A stretch of 64,000 nt of DNA from assembly GCA_964564635.1 (NCBI GenBank), contig CAZMAR010000002.1:144284-208283 (forward strand), given 5' to 3'. Positions 50,955-60,628 of this stretch are shown here, one piece after another. The translations under genes and the position numbers were made by a program. Under the pieces are notes generated by a model, which saw only the letters and a program-made list of their open reading frames with translations, was not told the DNA's origin and ran no database searches. Within the stretch, counting starts at the first letter, position 1. Each line of letters begins with the position of its first letter. This stretch comes from an uncultured Ignavibacteriaceae bacterium. Lineage in GTDB: Bacteria; Bacteroidota; Ignavibacteria; Tepidaquicellales; Tepidaquicellaceae.

Positions 50955-52981
50955 AATATAAAACCTAAAAATCTAATTATTACTGCAAGAAAGGTAGCCA
51001 GTAAAAAACTTGCTATCATAATCAAAAAAGCATGCTTAACTGTTAATTCTTTAGAAAGTGCAGCAAAAGTTGCCAGACAGGGGATATAAAACGTTACAAA
51101 GACAGTAAAAGAGAAAATCTGATTTATAGTCATAACATCAGCAATATTCTTTGTTCCTAAAGCAGAAAATAAAAGAATTAACGCAAGTTCTTTTCGCATT
51201 ATTCCAAAAAGTAAAGTAACTCCTACTGCAACTGGTAGACCAAGAATACCTGCGGTAAAGGGAGAGAGAAAATTATTGATTCTATCAGACCAGTGAAAAT
51301 AATTAATAACCTCAAGTAAAATACTTCCAACAATTAATAATGGAATAGCAACATAAACAAATTCTTTAAGTCTAAACCAGGTCTTATTTAAGAGTAATTT
51401 TATTGAAGGTAAATGATACTTTGGAATTTCTAATATCAAACCGGGACTAACTTCAGGAATAGCTTTTGAAATAAACTTTCCAAGTATTCCAATAACAAAA
51501 ACGTTTAAAATATAGATAAATATTGCTGCTTTGATTGAAATAAAGAAACCAACTAAACCAAATATTACAATCATTCTCGCTGAACAGGGAATAAAAGTAG
51601 TAAGTGTTGCAGTAATCAGTTTGTCACGAGGAGATTTTAGTATTCTTGTTGCAAGAATAGCAGGAACTGTACATCCATACCCAAATATCAAAGGTACAAT
51701 CGAAAGTCCATGTAATCCAATTTTATGCATAATGTTATCGGTCAAATATGCAATTCTTGCAAGATAACCTGTATCCTCAAGAAATGAGAGTAAAATAAAA
51801 AAAGGTAAAAGATATGGAATAACTATACCAATTCCTCCCCCAAGACCCATTACAGTTCCATTCGATATTGAAAATAGTAAAGAGTCTCTCCCAAATAACT
51901 CAGCAAAATAATTAACAAGATTTTCTGCTTTAGTAATAAATATTGGCTCTAAAAAATTCCCTATTCTAAAAATTATCCAGAATGAAACATAGAGAATTAC
52001 TGCGAGAGACACATAACCAAAGAATGGATGCATTAGCACATCATCAATTTTAGTACGAAAGTCCTTCTTTATTCTTCTACCAATTGTTGTAACTTCTTCG
52101 AAAATATTTAATGAAGTACTATGTCTTGCAGAAGAAATTATTACACTTGATTCTTCTCCATATAATTTTTCAAGTTCAAAAATAAACTTTTCTAATTTAT
52201 TAAACAGATTTTTGAATTCAAACTTACTATTATAATATGGAGTCTCATCTCTATAAGTAACATCACTATTCCCTGATGATTTTTCTTTTTTAGAAATAAA
52301 TGAATTTAAGTAATTATTTACTATTTTATCTTTTTCAAGTATTTTGGTTGCTAAATATCTGTAACTCCATTTAGGAGGAATATTATATTTTTTAAGGAGT
52401 AAAACAATATCAGAAATTACTTTTTCTATATTTGTGGAATATCTTGCTGAATTAGAAATTTCTCTCGCTCCATTTTTATTATAGAATAGATTGTATGCTT
52501 TCTGAAAAACCTCATAAACTCCAAACCCCTTTTTTCCAACGGTTCTTACCACTGGTACTCCGAGGATTTTACTTAATTTTTCATCATCTATTTTTAGTCC
52601 TTTCCTTTCCGCTTCATCTATCATATTTAATGCTATAACCATTGGGGTTCCAAGTTCGAGTAATTGTAAAGTTAATTCCAAACTTCTTGGAAGTGTTGAA
52701 GCGTCTATAATATTTATTATAACAACATCATCAGTAAATGATGTTATGTATTTTACAGCTTCAAGTTCAGCTTCATCTGTTGTTTGTAAAGAATATGTAC
52801 CTGGAAGGTCAATTACTGAAGCAGTCTCTTTTGTGATTTCGTTTAGAATAATTTCCCCTTTTGAAAACTTAACTGTAATTCCAGGAAAGTTCGAGGCTAT
52901 TGATTTATATCCTACAATATAATTAAATATTGTACTTTTTCCGCAATTTGGCTGACCGACTAATATTATTGTTTTTGCCAT
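50951..52981 (-). CDS. feoB: Ferrous iron transporter FeoB
   Basis: N-terminal G-domain (GQPNCGKSTIFN, DLPGTYSL, NMID) followed by the polytopic Gate-motif membrane domain. 676 aa. Confidence 0.95.
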   Translation of the reverse strand: MAKTIILVGQPNCGKSTIFNYIVGYKSIASNFPGITVKFSKGEIILNEITKETASVIDLPGTYSLQTTDEAELEAVKYITSFTDDVVIINIIDASTLPRSLELTLQLLELGTPMVIALNMIDEAERKGLKIDDEKLSKILGVPVVRTVGKKGFGVYEVFQKAYNLFYNKNGAREISNSARYSTNIEKVISDIVLLLKKYNIPPKWSYRYLATKILEKDKIVNNYLNSFISKKEKSSGNSDVTYRDETPYYNSKFEFKNLFNKLEKFIFELEKLYGEESSVIISSARHSTSLNIFEEVTTIGRRIKKDFRTKIDDVLMHPFFGYVSLAVILYVSFWIIFRIGNFLEPIFITKAENLVNYFAELFGRDSLLFSISNGTVMGLGGGIGIVIPYLLPFFILLSFLEDTGYLARIAYLTDNIMHKIGLHGLSIVPLIFGYGCTVPAILATRILKSPRDKLITATLTTFIPCSARMIVIFGLVGFFISIKAAIFIYILNVFVIGILGKFISKAIPEVSPGLILEIPKYHLPSIKLLLNKTWFRLKEFVYVAIPLLIVGSILLEVINYFHWSDRINNFLSPFTAGILGLPVAVGVTLLFGIMRKELALILLFSALGTKNIADVMTINQIFSFTVFVTFYIPCLATFAALSKELTVKHAFLIMIASFLLATFLAVIIRFLGFIF

Positions 52982-52990
52982 TAAATAATC

Positions 52991-53221
52991 TTATTCTTCT
53001 TTTTCGCCTATAACTTTTGAAGCTAAACCAAAGCCTATTGCAATCTCAGAACCTTTACTACTTATAAGAACTGGACCGCCGAGAGAGGATACTCTTTTTA
53101 TTTCAATTACATTTCCAGGTACAATACCCATTGTTATCAACCTCTGTGTTGCTCTTTTTCCGGCGTTGATTTTAATAACCTTAATTTTATCTCCACGATT
53201 GAACTTAGTTAAACTCTGCAA
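52991..53221 (-). CDS. feoA: Ferrous iron transport protein FeoA
   Basis: 76-aa SH3-like protein (RLITMGIVPGNVIEI) directly upstream of feoB. Confidence 0.85.
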   Translation of the reverse strand: MQSLTKFNRGDKIKVIKINAGKRATQRLITMGIVPGNVIEIKRVSSLGGPVLISSKGSEIAIGFGLASKVIGEKEE

Positions 53222-53340
53222 TTTTGATATTTTTATTTATTTAAAAAACTGCTGTAAATTGTAAAAATTTATTATTAATTAATATTCAAAGAATAATACA
53301 ATAAACTGACTTATAAAATTCACTCAAATTTAATTTTTTT

Positions 53341-54435
53341 TCATTCCCAAACTTTCAAAATAGGTTGTGATTTAAAAATTGTATCTCTTATTCCCTCCTG
53401 ATATGCGAGAAGAGCATAAAAAGATGAATTAATACACATATTGGAAATAGATCCATCTCTATTTTCCCATTTTGAATGCCAGTAAGAAATTGCTTTTAAA
53501 AGTTGGTATTTTCCTGATATTATAGTATTAAAAGCAGATTTAATCCATTTCGCCTTTTGATAAGGGTCTTCAGTTTCTATAACTCCAAACTCCAAAATAG
53601 CATAATATTTATTTTTTCCAATTGCAATCATCTGACTATATGCTGAATCCATTATATTTTCGAAATCAATCCAGCTATCAGTTGGCTTTTGAGCTCCATA
53701 AATGCTAATTCCTATCCAATCTACGCAATCGTCCCCAGGGTAGTAGTATTGCATTGAGTTCCACTCTTCTGCAGGCATTGAATTATAATTAGTATGAAAT
53801 ACCCATGTAATATTATTTGCATTATACTTTCTAAAAATACCAACAAAGTGTTTATATGCGTCAATATATCTTTCAGGACCATCAGGGTAGGCTTTATTAC
53901 CATAAAAATCAGGGTTAGGTCCTCCATTTAAAATTCCACTCCAGGGGAACCAATTTCCATTCATTTCTGGGCAAAAATCAATTATTAGAGGAATACCAGA
54001 ATTCCTTGCTTCAAATGCCCATAGTGAGATATAATAATCAAAATCACCATTAATAATTTTATATAACGAATAATTGTTATCAATAACACCCTCTGAAAAT
54101 TTAGACCAGGGCATAACTCTTATATATGGAATATAACCTAAATTCCAAATTAATTTTACTTTTTCAGATGGAAATTTAATTCCCTCAAACCAGTGATTAG
54201 AAAAAGAAATCCAAACTGGTTTAGATTTTGAAAGTGTGATATATTCATTTATAATTCTTTCTGATTCTTTCAAATCTTTATCGTCAATACCGGGTGTGAT
54301 ACCATGATAAATTCCACTTGCAGGAGGTAGAAGTTTTATATACATTCCAGGCTCGTAAGTTTCTCTATCTGTAAGAATAGAACACCCCGATATTATTAAA
54401 AAGAAAATAAAAGTTAATAAAAAAAACTTATTCAT
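53341..54435 (-). CDS. Lipoprotein glycoside hydrolase, GH26-like (beta-mannanase family)
   Basis: Lipobox IISGCS. FCPEMNGNWFPWSG resembles the GH26 acid/base motif (HE.NG.WFWWG) and AILEFGV resembles the nucleophile region. Confidence 0.55.
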   Translation of the reverse strand: MNKFFLLTFIFFLIISGCSILTDRETYEPGMYIKLLPPASGIYHGITPGIDDKDLKESERIINEYITLSKSKPVWISFSNHWFEGIKFPSEKVKLIWNLGYIPYIRVMPWSKFSEGVIDNNYSLYKIINGDFDYYISLWAFEARNSGIPLIIDFCPEMNGNWFPWSGILNGGPNPDFYGNKAYPDGPERYIDAYKHFVGIFRKYNANNITWVFHTNYNSMPAEEWNSMQYYYPGDDCVDWIGISIYGAQKPTDSWIDFENIMDSAYSQMIAIGKNKYYAILEFGVIETEDPYQKAKWIKSAFNTIISGKYQLLKAISYWHSKWENRDGSISNMCINSSFYALLAYQEGIRDTIFKSQPILKVWE

Positions 54436-54500
54436 TAGAGTAAAATAACTACTAATTAAAATTGATTCAATTTATTTTTTATTTTATTTATATTATAACT

Positions 54501-55028
54501 ATGAAATATATAATAATATTATTAATAGCTTTTTTTAATTTTAACTGTTCATCAGTTAAAATTACAGAAAATTGGGAAGTGTTAACATATGAATACGAGT
54601 CAGGCCCAATAACTCCTAAGTATCAATACAGCTATAAGATTATTGTAAACTCCAATAGAAACTGTGAGTATATATATACTTTTCCAATGGAGAGGTCTAA
54701 AACCTTAGAATACAAATTTCAGATTACAAAAGAACAAATGACAGGTTTAAATGATGCGATTAAAAAGAGCAAGATATTAGAAATACAGATTCCTAAATTA
54801 CCAGAAGGGAAAACTCCAATTGGAGGAGATCTTGAACAAGTAAAAATAGTAGTTCCAAATCCAGATCCGTATTTAGACCAGCCTCCGAAAGTCTATGAAA
54901 GTCCATATTTTCCGGAAGAGAAATATAAAGAAGACTTAGAAAACCTTTATAATGTTATCAAAAAGCTTGTTCCAGAGAATTTTAGGAAAGAAGCAGAAGA
55001 GAAAAGACAGGAATTTTTAAAAGACTGA
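54501..55028 (+). CDS. Hypothetical lipoprotein
   Basis: I moved the start to the ATG at 54501 (MKYIIILLIAFFNFNCSS, signal peptide plus lipobox). No recognisable domain. Confidence 0.5.
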   Translation: MKYIIILLIAFFNFNCSSVKITENWEVLTYEYESGPITPKYQYSYKIIVNSNRNCEYIYTFPMERSKTLEYKFQITKEQMTGLNDAIKKSKILEIQIPKLPEGKTPIGGDLEQVKIVVPNPDPYLDQPPKVYESPYFPEEKYKEDLENLYNVIKKLVPENFRKEAEEKRQEFLKD

Positions 55029-55312
55029 TTATTTCTTAATTTACTGGCGGGGATTAACAATTGCGAAATATATTACTTAAAACCCAGCATTATGATTTAT
55101 TATTATAAACAGAAAATTTTTTTCATCCTCAAAAACCTTTGTCAATTAATTTACTTTTGATTTTAATAGATTCAAAGTATTTACTACCCAGATTGATAAC
55201 TTGAATTTATTGTTTAAAATATTTGCAAGCGTTTAAAACACAGTGTTATGATGGGGTTAAAAAGTGCCGGAGAATATATATAAGAAAAAAATTTTTTATT
55301 ATTAAAAGATAC

Positions 55313-56254
55313 TTACATTTTACATAATTGTTCTCTGGCTGAATAAAATTCTTGAATTATCTCTTCTATTATTTCTTTTGCGGGTTTTATTTCTTTTATT
55401 AAAGCAGAAACCTGTCCGATTTCAAGTTCTCCTTCTTCCAAATCTCCCTCAAAAATACCTTTTTTTGCTCTGCCTTTTCCAAGTAATTCTCGTAACTCTT
55501 CTATGCTTGCCCCCCTGCTCTCGGCTTCTGCTACTTCTGCAAAAAATTTATTTTTAATCAATCTAACAGGACCAATCTTTTTAAGTGTTAATACCGTATC
55601 TCCACTTTTAGTTTCTATAACTTTCTTTTTAAAATTTATATGAGCAGATGATTCTTCTGAAACCGCAAACCTACTACCAATTTGAACCCCTTCTGCTCCA
55701 AGAGCAAAGGCGGCAAGCATTGATTTTCCAGTTGCTATTCCCCCTGCTGCTATTAATGGTAAATGAGTAATAGCTCTAATTAATGGTATTAACACCATTG
55801 TTGTGGTTTCCTCAATTCCGTTATGTCCACCGGCTTCAAAACCTTCAGCAACAATTGCATCTACTCCAGACTCTTCTGCTTTAATTGTAAATTTTTCATT
55901 TGAAACTACATGGACAACTATCAAACCGTTTTTCTTAAATAAAGGAGTATATTTTGCAGGATTCCCGGCAGATGTAAATACAATTTGAATTTTATGTTTT
56001 AAAATTATTTCTATATGCTCTTCTATTTGAGGATAAAGAAGAGGTAGATTTACACCAAAAGGATTTTTTGTAGCCTGTTTGCATTTAATAATATGTTCTT
56101 CAAGCACTTCCGGATACATAGAACCAGCCCCAATTAATCCCAATCCACCAGCGTTGCTAACAGCGGATGCTAATTTCCAACCACTACACCAGACCATTCC
56201 GGCTTGTACTATTGGGTATTTTATTTTAAATAGCTCTGTAATTCTGGTTTTCAT
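55313..56254 (-). CDS. FMN-dependent nitronate monooxygenase family oxidoreductase (FabK-like enoyl-ACP reductase II candidate)
   Basis: [19 protein letters not shown] and AAGGIATG motifs of the NMO/FabK TIM-barrel family. 313 aa. Confidence 0.82.
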   Translation of the reverse strand: MKTRITELFKIKYPIVQAGMVWCSGWKLASAVSNAGGLGLIGAGSMYPEVLEEHIIKCKQATKNPFGVNLPLLYPQIEEHIEIILKHKIQIVFTSAGNPAKYTPLFKKNGLIVVHVVSNEKFTIKAEESGVDAIVAEGFEAGGHNGIEETTTMVLIPLIRAITHLPLIAAGGIATGKSMLAAFALGAEGVQIGSRFAVSEESSAHINFKKKVIETKSGDTVLTLKKIGPVRLIKNKFFAEVAEAESRGASIEELRELLGKGRAKKGIFEGDLEEGELEIGQVSALIKEIKPAKEIIEEIIQEFYSAREQLCKM

Positions 56255-57690
56255 ATTTTTTTTCTAATTTCTGTTTTACCATCTTTGTGGTCAAGTAACT
56301 CATAGCCCTTTTTCAGTATTTCCTGTCTGATTTTATCTGCTTCCTGCCATTGTTTATTTAACTTTGCTACTCTCCTTTGTTCCACAAGGTTAAGAATTTC
56401 TTCAGGAATGCTTTCCCTTTTTAATTCCTTTAATTTTAACCCAAATATTTTATCAAAATCATAAGTTAGGAAAAGTTTTTCTTCTGGTTTTAGAATGCTA
56501 TCTTTAAGCATATCCCACAAAACACCAAGAGCACCAGCGGTATTTAAATCGTCATTAATATTTTCTATAAATTTTTTTTGCCAAGTAGTTATTTGAGGGT
56601 TGTTTGTTTCTGAAACACTAATTTTATCTTTACTGCTCAGATAATCTTTTATTTCAAGAATTTCTGTTTTTAAATTATTGAATCCCCTTTTTGCAGAATC
56701 AAGTGCTTTATATGAGAATTTCAGTTTTTTTCGGTAGTGGGTCATTAACATAAAATACCTATAATCTAAGCCAGAATATCCTTTTTCAATTAGAACAGGT
56801 AATCTTAAAAACTCACCGGCAGACTTTGCCATTTTTCCTTTTTCTTCAATTAAAAATTCTCCATGCAACCAATATCTGACAAATTGTTTTCCTGTGCAAC
56901 CTTCAGATTGTGCAATTTCATTTGTGTGATGAATTGGAATGTGGTCAACACCTCCGCAATGTATATCAAAAGTTTCCCCTAAGTATTTCATACTCATAGC
57001 CGAACATTCTATATGCCATCCTGGAAAACCTTTTCCCCAGGGTGAGTCCCATTCCATTTGTCTTATTACATTTTTAGGGGAAAATTTCCATAGAGCAAAG
57101 TCTGTTTTATTTCTCTTTTCTTCCGAAAAAGCTATTCTCTTACCTTCCTCCAAGCCCTCTATATCAAGTAATGCTAATTTACCGTAGTCTTTGAATTTAG
57201 ATGTATCATAGTAAACACCATCAGAAGTAATATATGTATATCCCTTTCTTTCAAGACATTTTATTAACTCAATCTGCTCTTTTATATTATCTGTTGCCTT
57301 GCACCATATATCAGGGAATAAAATATTTAATTCACTTATATCTTTCTTAAATGCTTCAGTATAAAACTCTGCTATTTCCCATACAGATTTTCCCTCTCTT
57401 TTTGCACCCTTTTCCATTTTATCTTCCCCTTCATCTGCATCTGAAACCAGGTGCCCAACATCAGTAATGTTTACAACATGAAAAACCTCATATCCATTAT
57501 AAATTAATATTCTCTTTAATATATCTTCAAAAAAATATGTTCTCAAATTTCCAATGTGTGCATAATTGTAAACAGTAGGTCCACAACAATACATTTTTAC
57601 CCTTTTATCTTCAAGTGGTACGAATATTTCCTTTTTTCTGGTTAGAGTATTATATAAAAATAATTCTTGCACTTTCGAATTTTTTTTCAA
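56251..57690 (-). CDS. cysS: Cysteine--tRNA ligase
   Basis: HIGN (HIGH), KMAKS (KMSKS), and the CGPTVY and GWHIEC zinc/cysteine-binding motifs. Confidence 0.95.
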   Translation of the reverse strand: MKKNSKVQELFLYNTLTRKKEIFVPLEDKRVKMYCCGPTVYNYAHIGNLRTYFFEDILKRILIYNGYEVFHVVNITDVGHLVSDADEGEDKMEKGAKREGKSVWEIAEFYTEAFKKDISELNILFPDIWCKATDNIKEQIELIKCLERKGYTYITSDGVYYDTSKFKDYGKLALLDIEGLEEGKRIAFSEEKRNKTDFALWKFSPKNVIRQMEWDSPWGKGFPGWHIECSAMSMKYLGETFDIHCGGVDHIPIHHTNEIAQSEGCTGKQFVRYWLHGEFLIEEKGKMAKSAGEFLRLPVLIEKGYSGLDYRYFMLMTHYRKKLKFSYKALDSAKRGFNNLKTEILEIKDYLSSKDKISVSETNNPQITTWQKKFIENINDDLNTAGALGVLWDMLKDSILKPEEKLFLTYDFDKIFGLKLKELKRESIPEEILNLVEQRRVAKLNKQWQEADKIRQEILKKGYELLDHKDGKTEIRKKI

Positions 57691-58201
57691 AATAATAATT
57701 ATACATACAATCTACAATTTACAACATTTATTATAAAAGTTTCTATAATTATGAAAAAATGGATAATAATATGTAAAAAAAACATTTTCTTTATTTATAA
57801 TTTGCGAATTTATATTGCCTGAACTATCCTAATTTTTTTCTGTGAGAAATTTATTTCATTATAATAAGTTATTTTTTGAATATAAATTCTTTTAGGTCAA
57901 AAAGTATTTCTATTTTCAAAAAATATTAGTTTTTGCAATGAAACTGAAAATTCACTATGAATAACAACTTCTTATATTTACCACCCTATATGCAGTAAAA
58001 ATATAGCCTCCCTGATAAATTGTTAATATTTGTTCTGAAGATATAGTTTCGTATAAAAGAATGGAAATAATTTTATTATATTAGTAAATTCATATTTTCA
58101 TATTACTTGCGTTCAATCAATGTTAATTTTTATTTAGAATTTAAAATTATAGGAACTAAATTTTGCATTTAACATTTAAAAATTAAAGGGTAAAATTACT
58201 T

Positions 58202-59500
58202 ATGACTATAAAATTTGGAAGGTTCTCCACTCAAATTACAAATGCAAAAACTGATCTATGGAATGCAGCGGATGCGCTTTATAATCAAAAAAACTATCTG
58301 GAGAGTTATGAAAATCTTATGAAATTCCTCTATTATCCCGAAGAAAATGGGGACAATATAGAAAATGTAGAGTATCAAAAGAGTGATAATGAATTAAAAT
58401 TTTTAATCCGACAGGGTTCAAAAGAGGTAAACGGTATTATTACTTTAAAAGAAAATAAAATTGATGTTTATTCCTATTTAGCAGAGTTTGACAAAATTGG
58501 CGTTGCTATTATGAGAAGATTATTAGAGATGAATTATTCTCTGTTTTATTCAAGGTTCGCATTGGATAATAATAAAATTGTGATTAAATTTGATTCTCCA
58601 ATTGAAGGATGTCCCCCAGAAAAGTTGTACTATGCACTCAAAGAATTATCAATAAGAGCAGATAAACAAGATGATATTTTACTTGATGATTTTTCAACTC
58701 TAAAACCATGCAATTATTATATAATTGAAATTCCGGAAGAGGAAAAGAGAATAAAATATAAATATTTTGTAAAATGGATAACTGATGCTTTTGAAAAAAT
58801 AAATTCATTTAACAACCCAGAGAAGTATTCAGGGGCATTGAGTTACATATTAATGAGCCTAACTTATAGGATAGATTACTTAATAGCTCCTGAAGGAACG
58901 ATTGGAACTCACATTGAAAAAATTGCACTGGACTATTTTACAAATGATGATAAATCCCTAACAGAAAAGATAGAAATTTTAGAAAAGGAATTTCAGAAAA
59001 TTCTGGACTTTCCTGAAGATAAGGTTAAGAAAAATTTTTATAGGGCAAAATATACTTTTGAAAGTAGTGCTCCCGTTAGTTTTGAAACAATAAAAGGAAC
59101 TTTTAACCGGAATCTTCCGAGTGTTGACTTTTATGTAAAGGATAAAAAAGAAGATATTGCTTTATTGGTCTTTGAATATATTGCTGGATATTGTATGTTT
59201 TCTTATAGCTTGCCAACCTTAATAAAAAATTTGTTGCACCTTGTTATGGAAATACTCAATGAAGACTATATGCAGGAACTCGGCTTTGAAGAGATACTAT
59301 ATAATACTGTCACGAAAGAACTTGATAAAGAAAAAATAATTAAAAGAATAAATGAATACATTCAGAAATTTATCTCTGAAAGTGAGGAAGAATATCCGGG
59401 ATTAAAATTTAACATAGAGAATTTAAAGTTTACGGGTTTACTAAATTTTCTTAAATCCTACTTTAACGAAATAAAAAATTTAAACTTAAATAAAGACTAA
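58202..59500 (+). CDS. Hypothetical cytoplasmic protein with an N-terminal YbjN-like (T3SS-chaperone-like) fold pattern and a helical C-terminal domain
   Basis: No signal peptide. Residues ~55-165 (ELKFLIRQGS...IDVYSYLAEF...LLEMNYSLFYSRFALDNNKIVIKF...LYYALKELSIRADKQDD) resemble the YbjN family by pattern only. Confidence 0.55.
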   Translation: MTIKFGRFSTQITNAKTDLWNAADALYNQKNYLESYENLMKFLYYPEENGDNIENVEYQKSDNELKFLIRQGSKEVNGIITLKENKIDVYSYLAEFDKIGVAIMRRLLEMNYSLFYSRFALDNNKIVIKFDSPIEGCPPEKLYYALKELSIRADKQDDILLDDFSTLKPCNYYIIEIPEEEKRIKYKYFVKWITDAFEKINSFNNPEKYSGALSYILMSLTYRIDYLIAPEGTIGTHIEKIALDYFTNDDKSLTEKIEILEKEFQKILDFPEDKVKKNFYRAKYTFESSAPVSFETIKGTFNRNLPSVDFYVKDKKEDIALLVFEYIAGYCMFSYSLPTLIKNLLHLVMEILNEDYMQELGFEEILYNTVTKELDKEKIIKRINEYIQKFISESEEEYPGLKFNIENLKFTGLLNFLKSYFNEIKNLNLNKD

Positions 59501-59511
59501 ACTTATTATAA

Positions 59512-60606
59512 ATGCAGGTTAACGAAATCATAAAAAGTTTTCACCCAATAATTATTCAAATTGCAAATCCTTATGGAATAGGAACAGGATTTTACCTGAA
59601 AACCTACGACCTGATAATAACAAATGAACATGTAGTAAGAGGAACAAAAGATGTTATAATTAGCGGAAAGAATTTTCAAAAAGTATTGTCACCTGTTATG
59701 TTTAGTGACACGAAATATGACCTTGCTTTTATTCAGCCGCCTGAGAACACTATATTTCCAGAAAAAAATTTTGGTAATCCTGAATCTGTTAAAGATGGAG
59801 ATATAGTAATTGCAATTGGACATCCTTATGGTTTAAATTATACAGCAACTGAAGGAATTGTATCTCGAGCGAAAAGATTATATAACAATCTAAATTACAT
59901 TCAAATTGACGCTGCAATTAATCCTGGTAACAGTGGTGGTCCGCTTGTAAATATGCAAGGAGAAATTATCGGGGTTAACACTTTCATCATTGCAGGTGGA
60001 AGTAATCTTGGCTTTGCTTTACCTGTTAACTATTTACTTGAATCACTTGAAGACTATAAACCCTATAAAGGAAAAAGTGCTCTAAGGTGTTCTTCATGCT
60101 CAAATATAATTCTTGAAGAAGATTTACAGGATAAATATTGTCCCGAATGTGGAGCGGAGTTAGAGGAATTTGCCCAGAAAAAAGAAGACTATAAACCCAC
60201 CGGAGCAGCTGCAACTATAGAAAAAATTTTAGAAAAACTTGGAAAGGATGTAAAACTTTCCCGCTCTGGTCCTAACAGATGGGTAGTAGAGGCAGGTTCA
60301 ATTAAGATTTATATAAATTATAACGACAATGGTTTTATTACGGGCGATGCATTTATATGCAGATTACCAAAACAAAAAATAGCAGAATTATATGAATTCC
60401 TTTTAAGAGAAAATAATAATTTTGAGTTTATAAATTTTTCAATTTTTAATCAAACGGTAATTCTTTCTACTATCATTTATGATCAATACTTGAATTTTGA
60501 AGTCGGGCTTGAAGCGTTTCAATCATTGATAGAGAAAGCAGATTTCTATGATGATTATTTAATCAACACTTTTGGGGCGAGCCCAGGTATTTTAGAAGAA
60601 CAATGA
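59512..60606 (+). CDS. Cytoplasmic trypsin-like (S1C) serine protease with a zinc ribbon and a YbjN-like C-terminal domain
   Basis: No signal peptide. Triad context TNEHVV / YDLAFIQ / NPGNSGGPLV. CSSC-x14-CPEC zinc ribbon. C-terminal NRWVVEAGSIKIYINYNDNGFITGDAFICRLP...LYEFLLRENNN...FSIFNQTVILST...ADFYDDYL is a YbjN-like pattern. Confidence 0.72.
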   Translation: MQVNEIIKSFHPIIIQIANPYGIGTGFYLKTYDLIITNEHVVRGTKDVIISGKNFQKVLSPVMFSDTKYDLAFIQPPENTIFPEKNFGNPESVKDGDIVIAIGHPYGLNYTATEGIVSRAKRLYNNLNYIQIDAAINPGNSGGPLVNMQGEIIGVNTFIIAGGSNLGFALPVNYLLESLEDYKPYKGKSALRCSSCSNIILEEDLQDKYCPECGAELEEFAQKKEDYKPTGAAATIEKILEKLGKDVKLSRSGPNRWVVEAGSIKIYINYNDNGFITGDAFICRLPKQKIAELYEFLLRENNNFEFINFSIFNQTVILSTIIYDQYLNFEVGLEAFQSLIEKADFYDDYLINTFGASPGILEEQ

Positions 60607-60628
60607 TTTTTCTTGTCTGTTTTTTTAA

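Noticed and set aside
53273-53284. A perfect 12-bp palindrome, tattaattaata, upstream of feoA as a Fur box
   Set aside because: It is composed only of A/T in a ~30% GC genome, so it is expected by chance. It does not match the GATAAT-hexamer Fur consensus. It is worth checking only as part of a genome-wide Fur motif search.
55029-55312. A 284-bp spacer between two convergent gene ends as a possible sRNA or tRNA locus
   Set aside because: I saw no cloverleaf-compatible GC-rich segment, no convincing hairpin with a U-run, and only 11-22-aa ORFs. Nothing supportable can be drawn from sequence alone.
57751-57822. A small ORF (MKKWIIICKKNIFFIYNLRIYIA, 23 aa) in the 511-bp spacer upstream of the YbjN-like cassette
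   Set aside because: It is very short and AT-driven, and nothing supports translation from sequence alone. It is noted only as something Ribo-seq could test.
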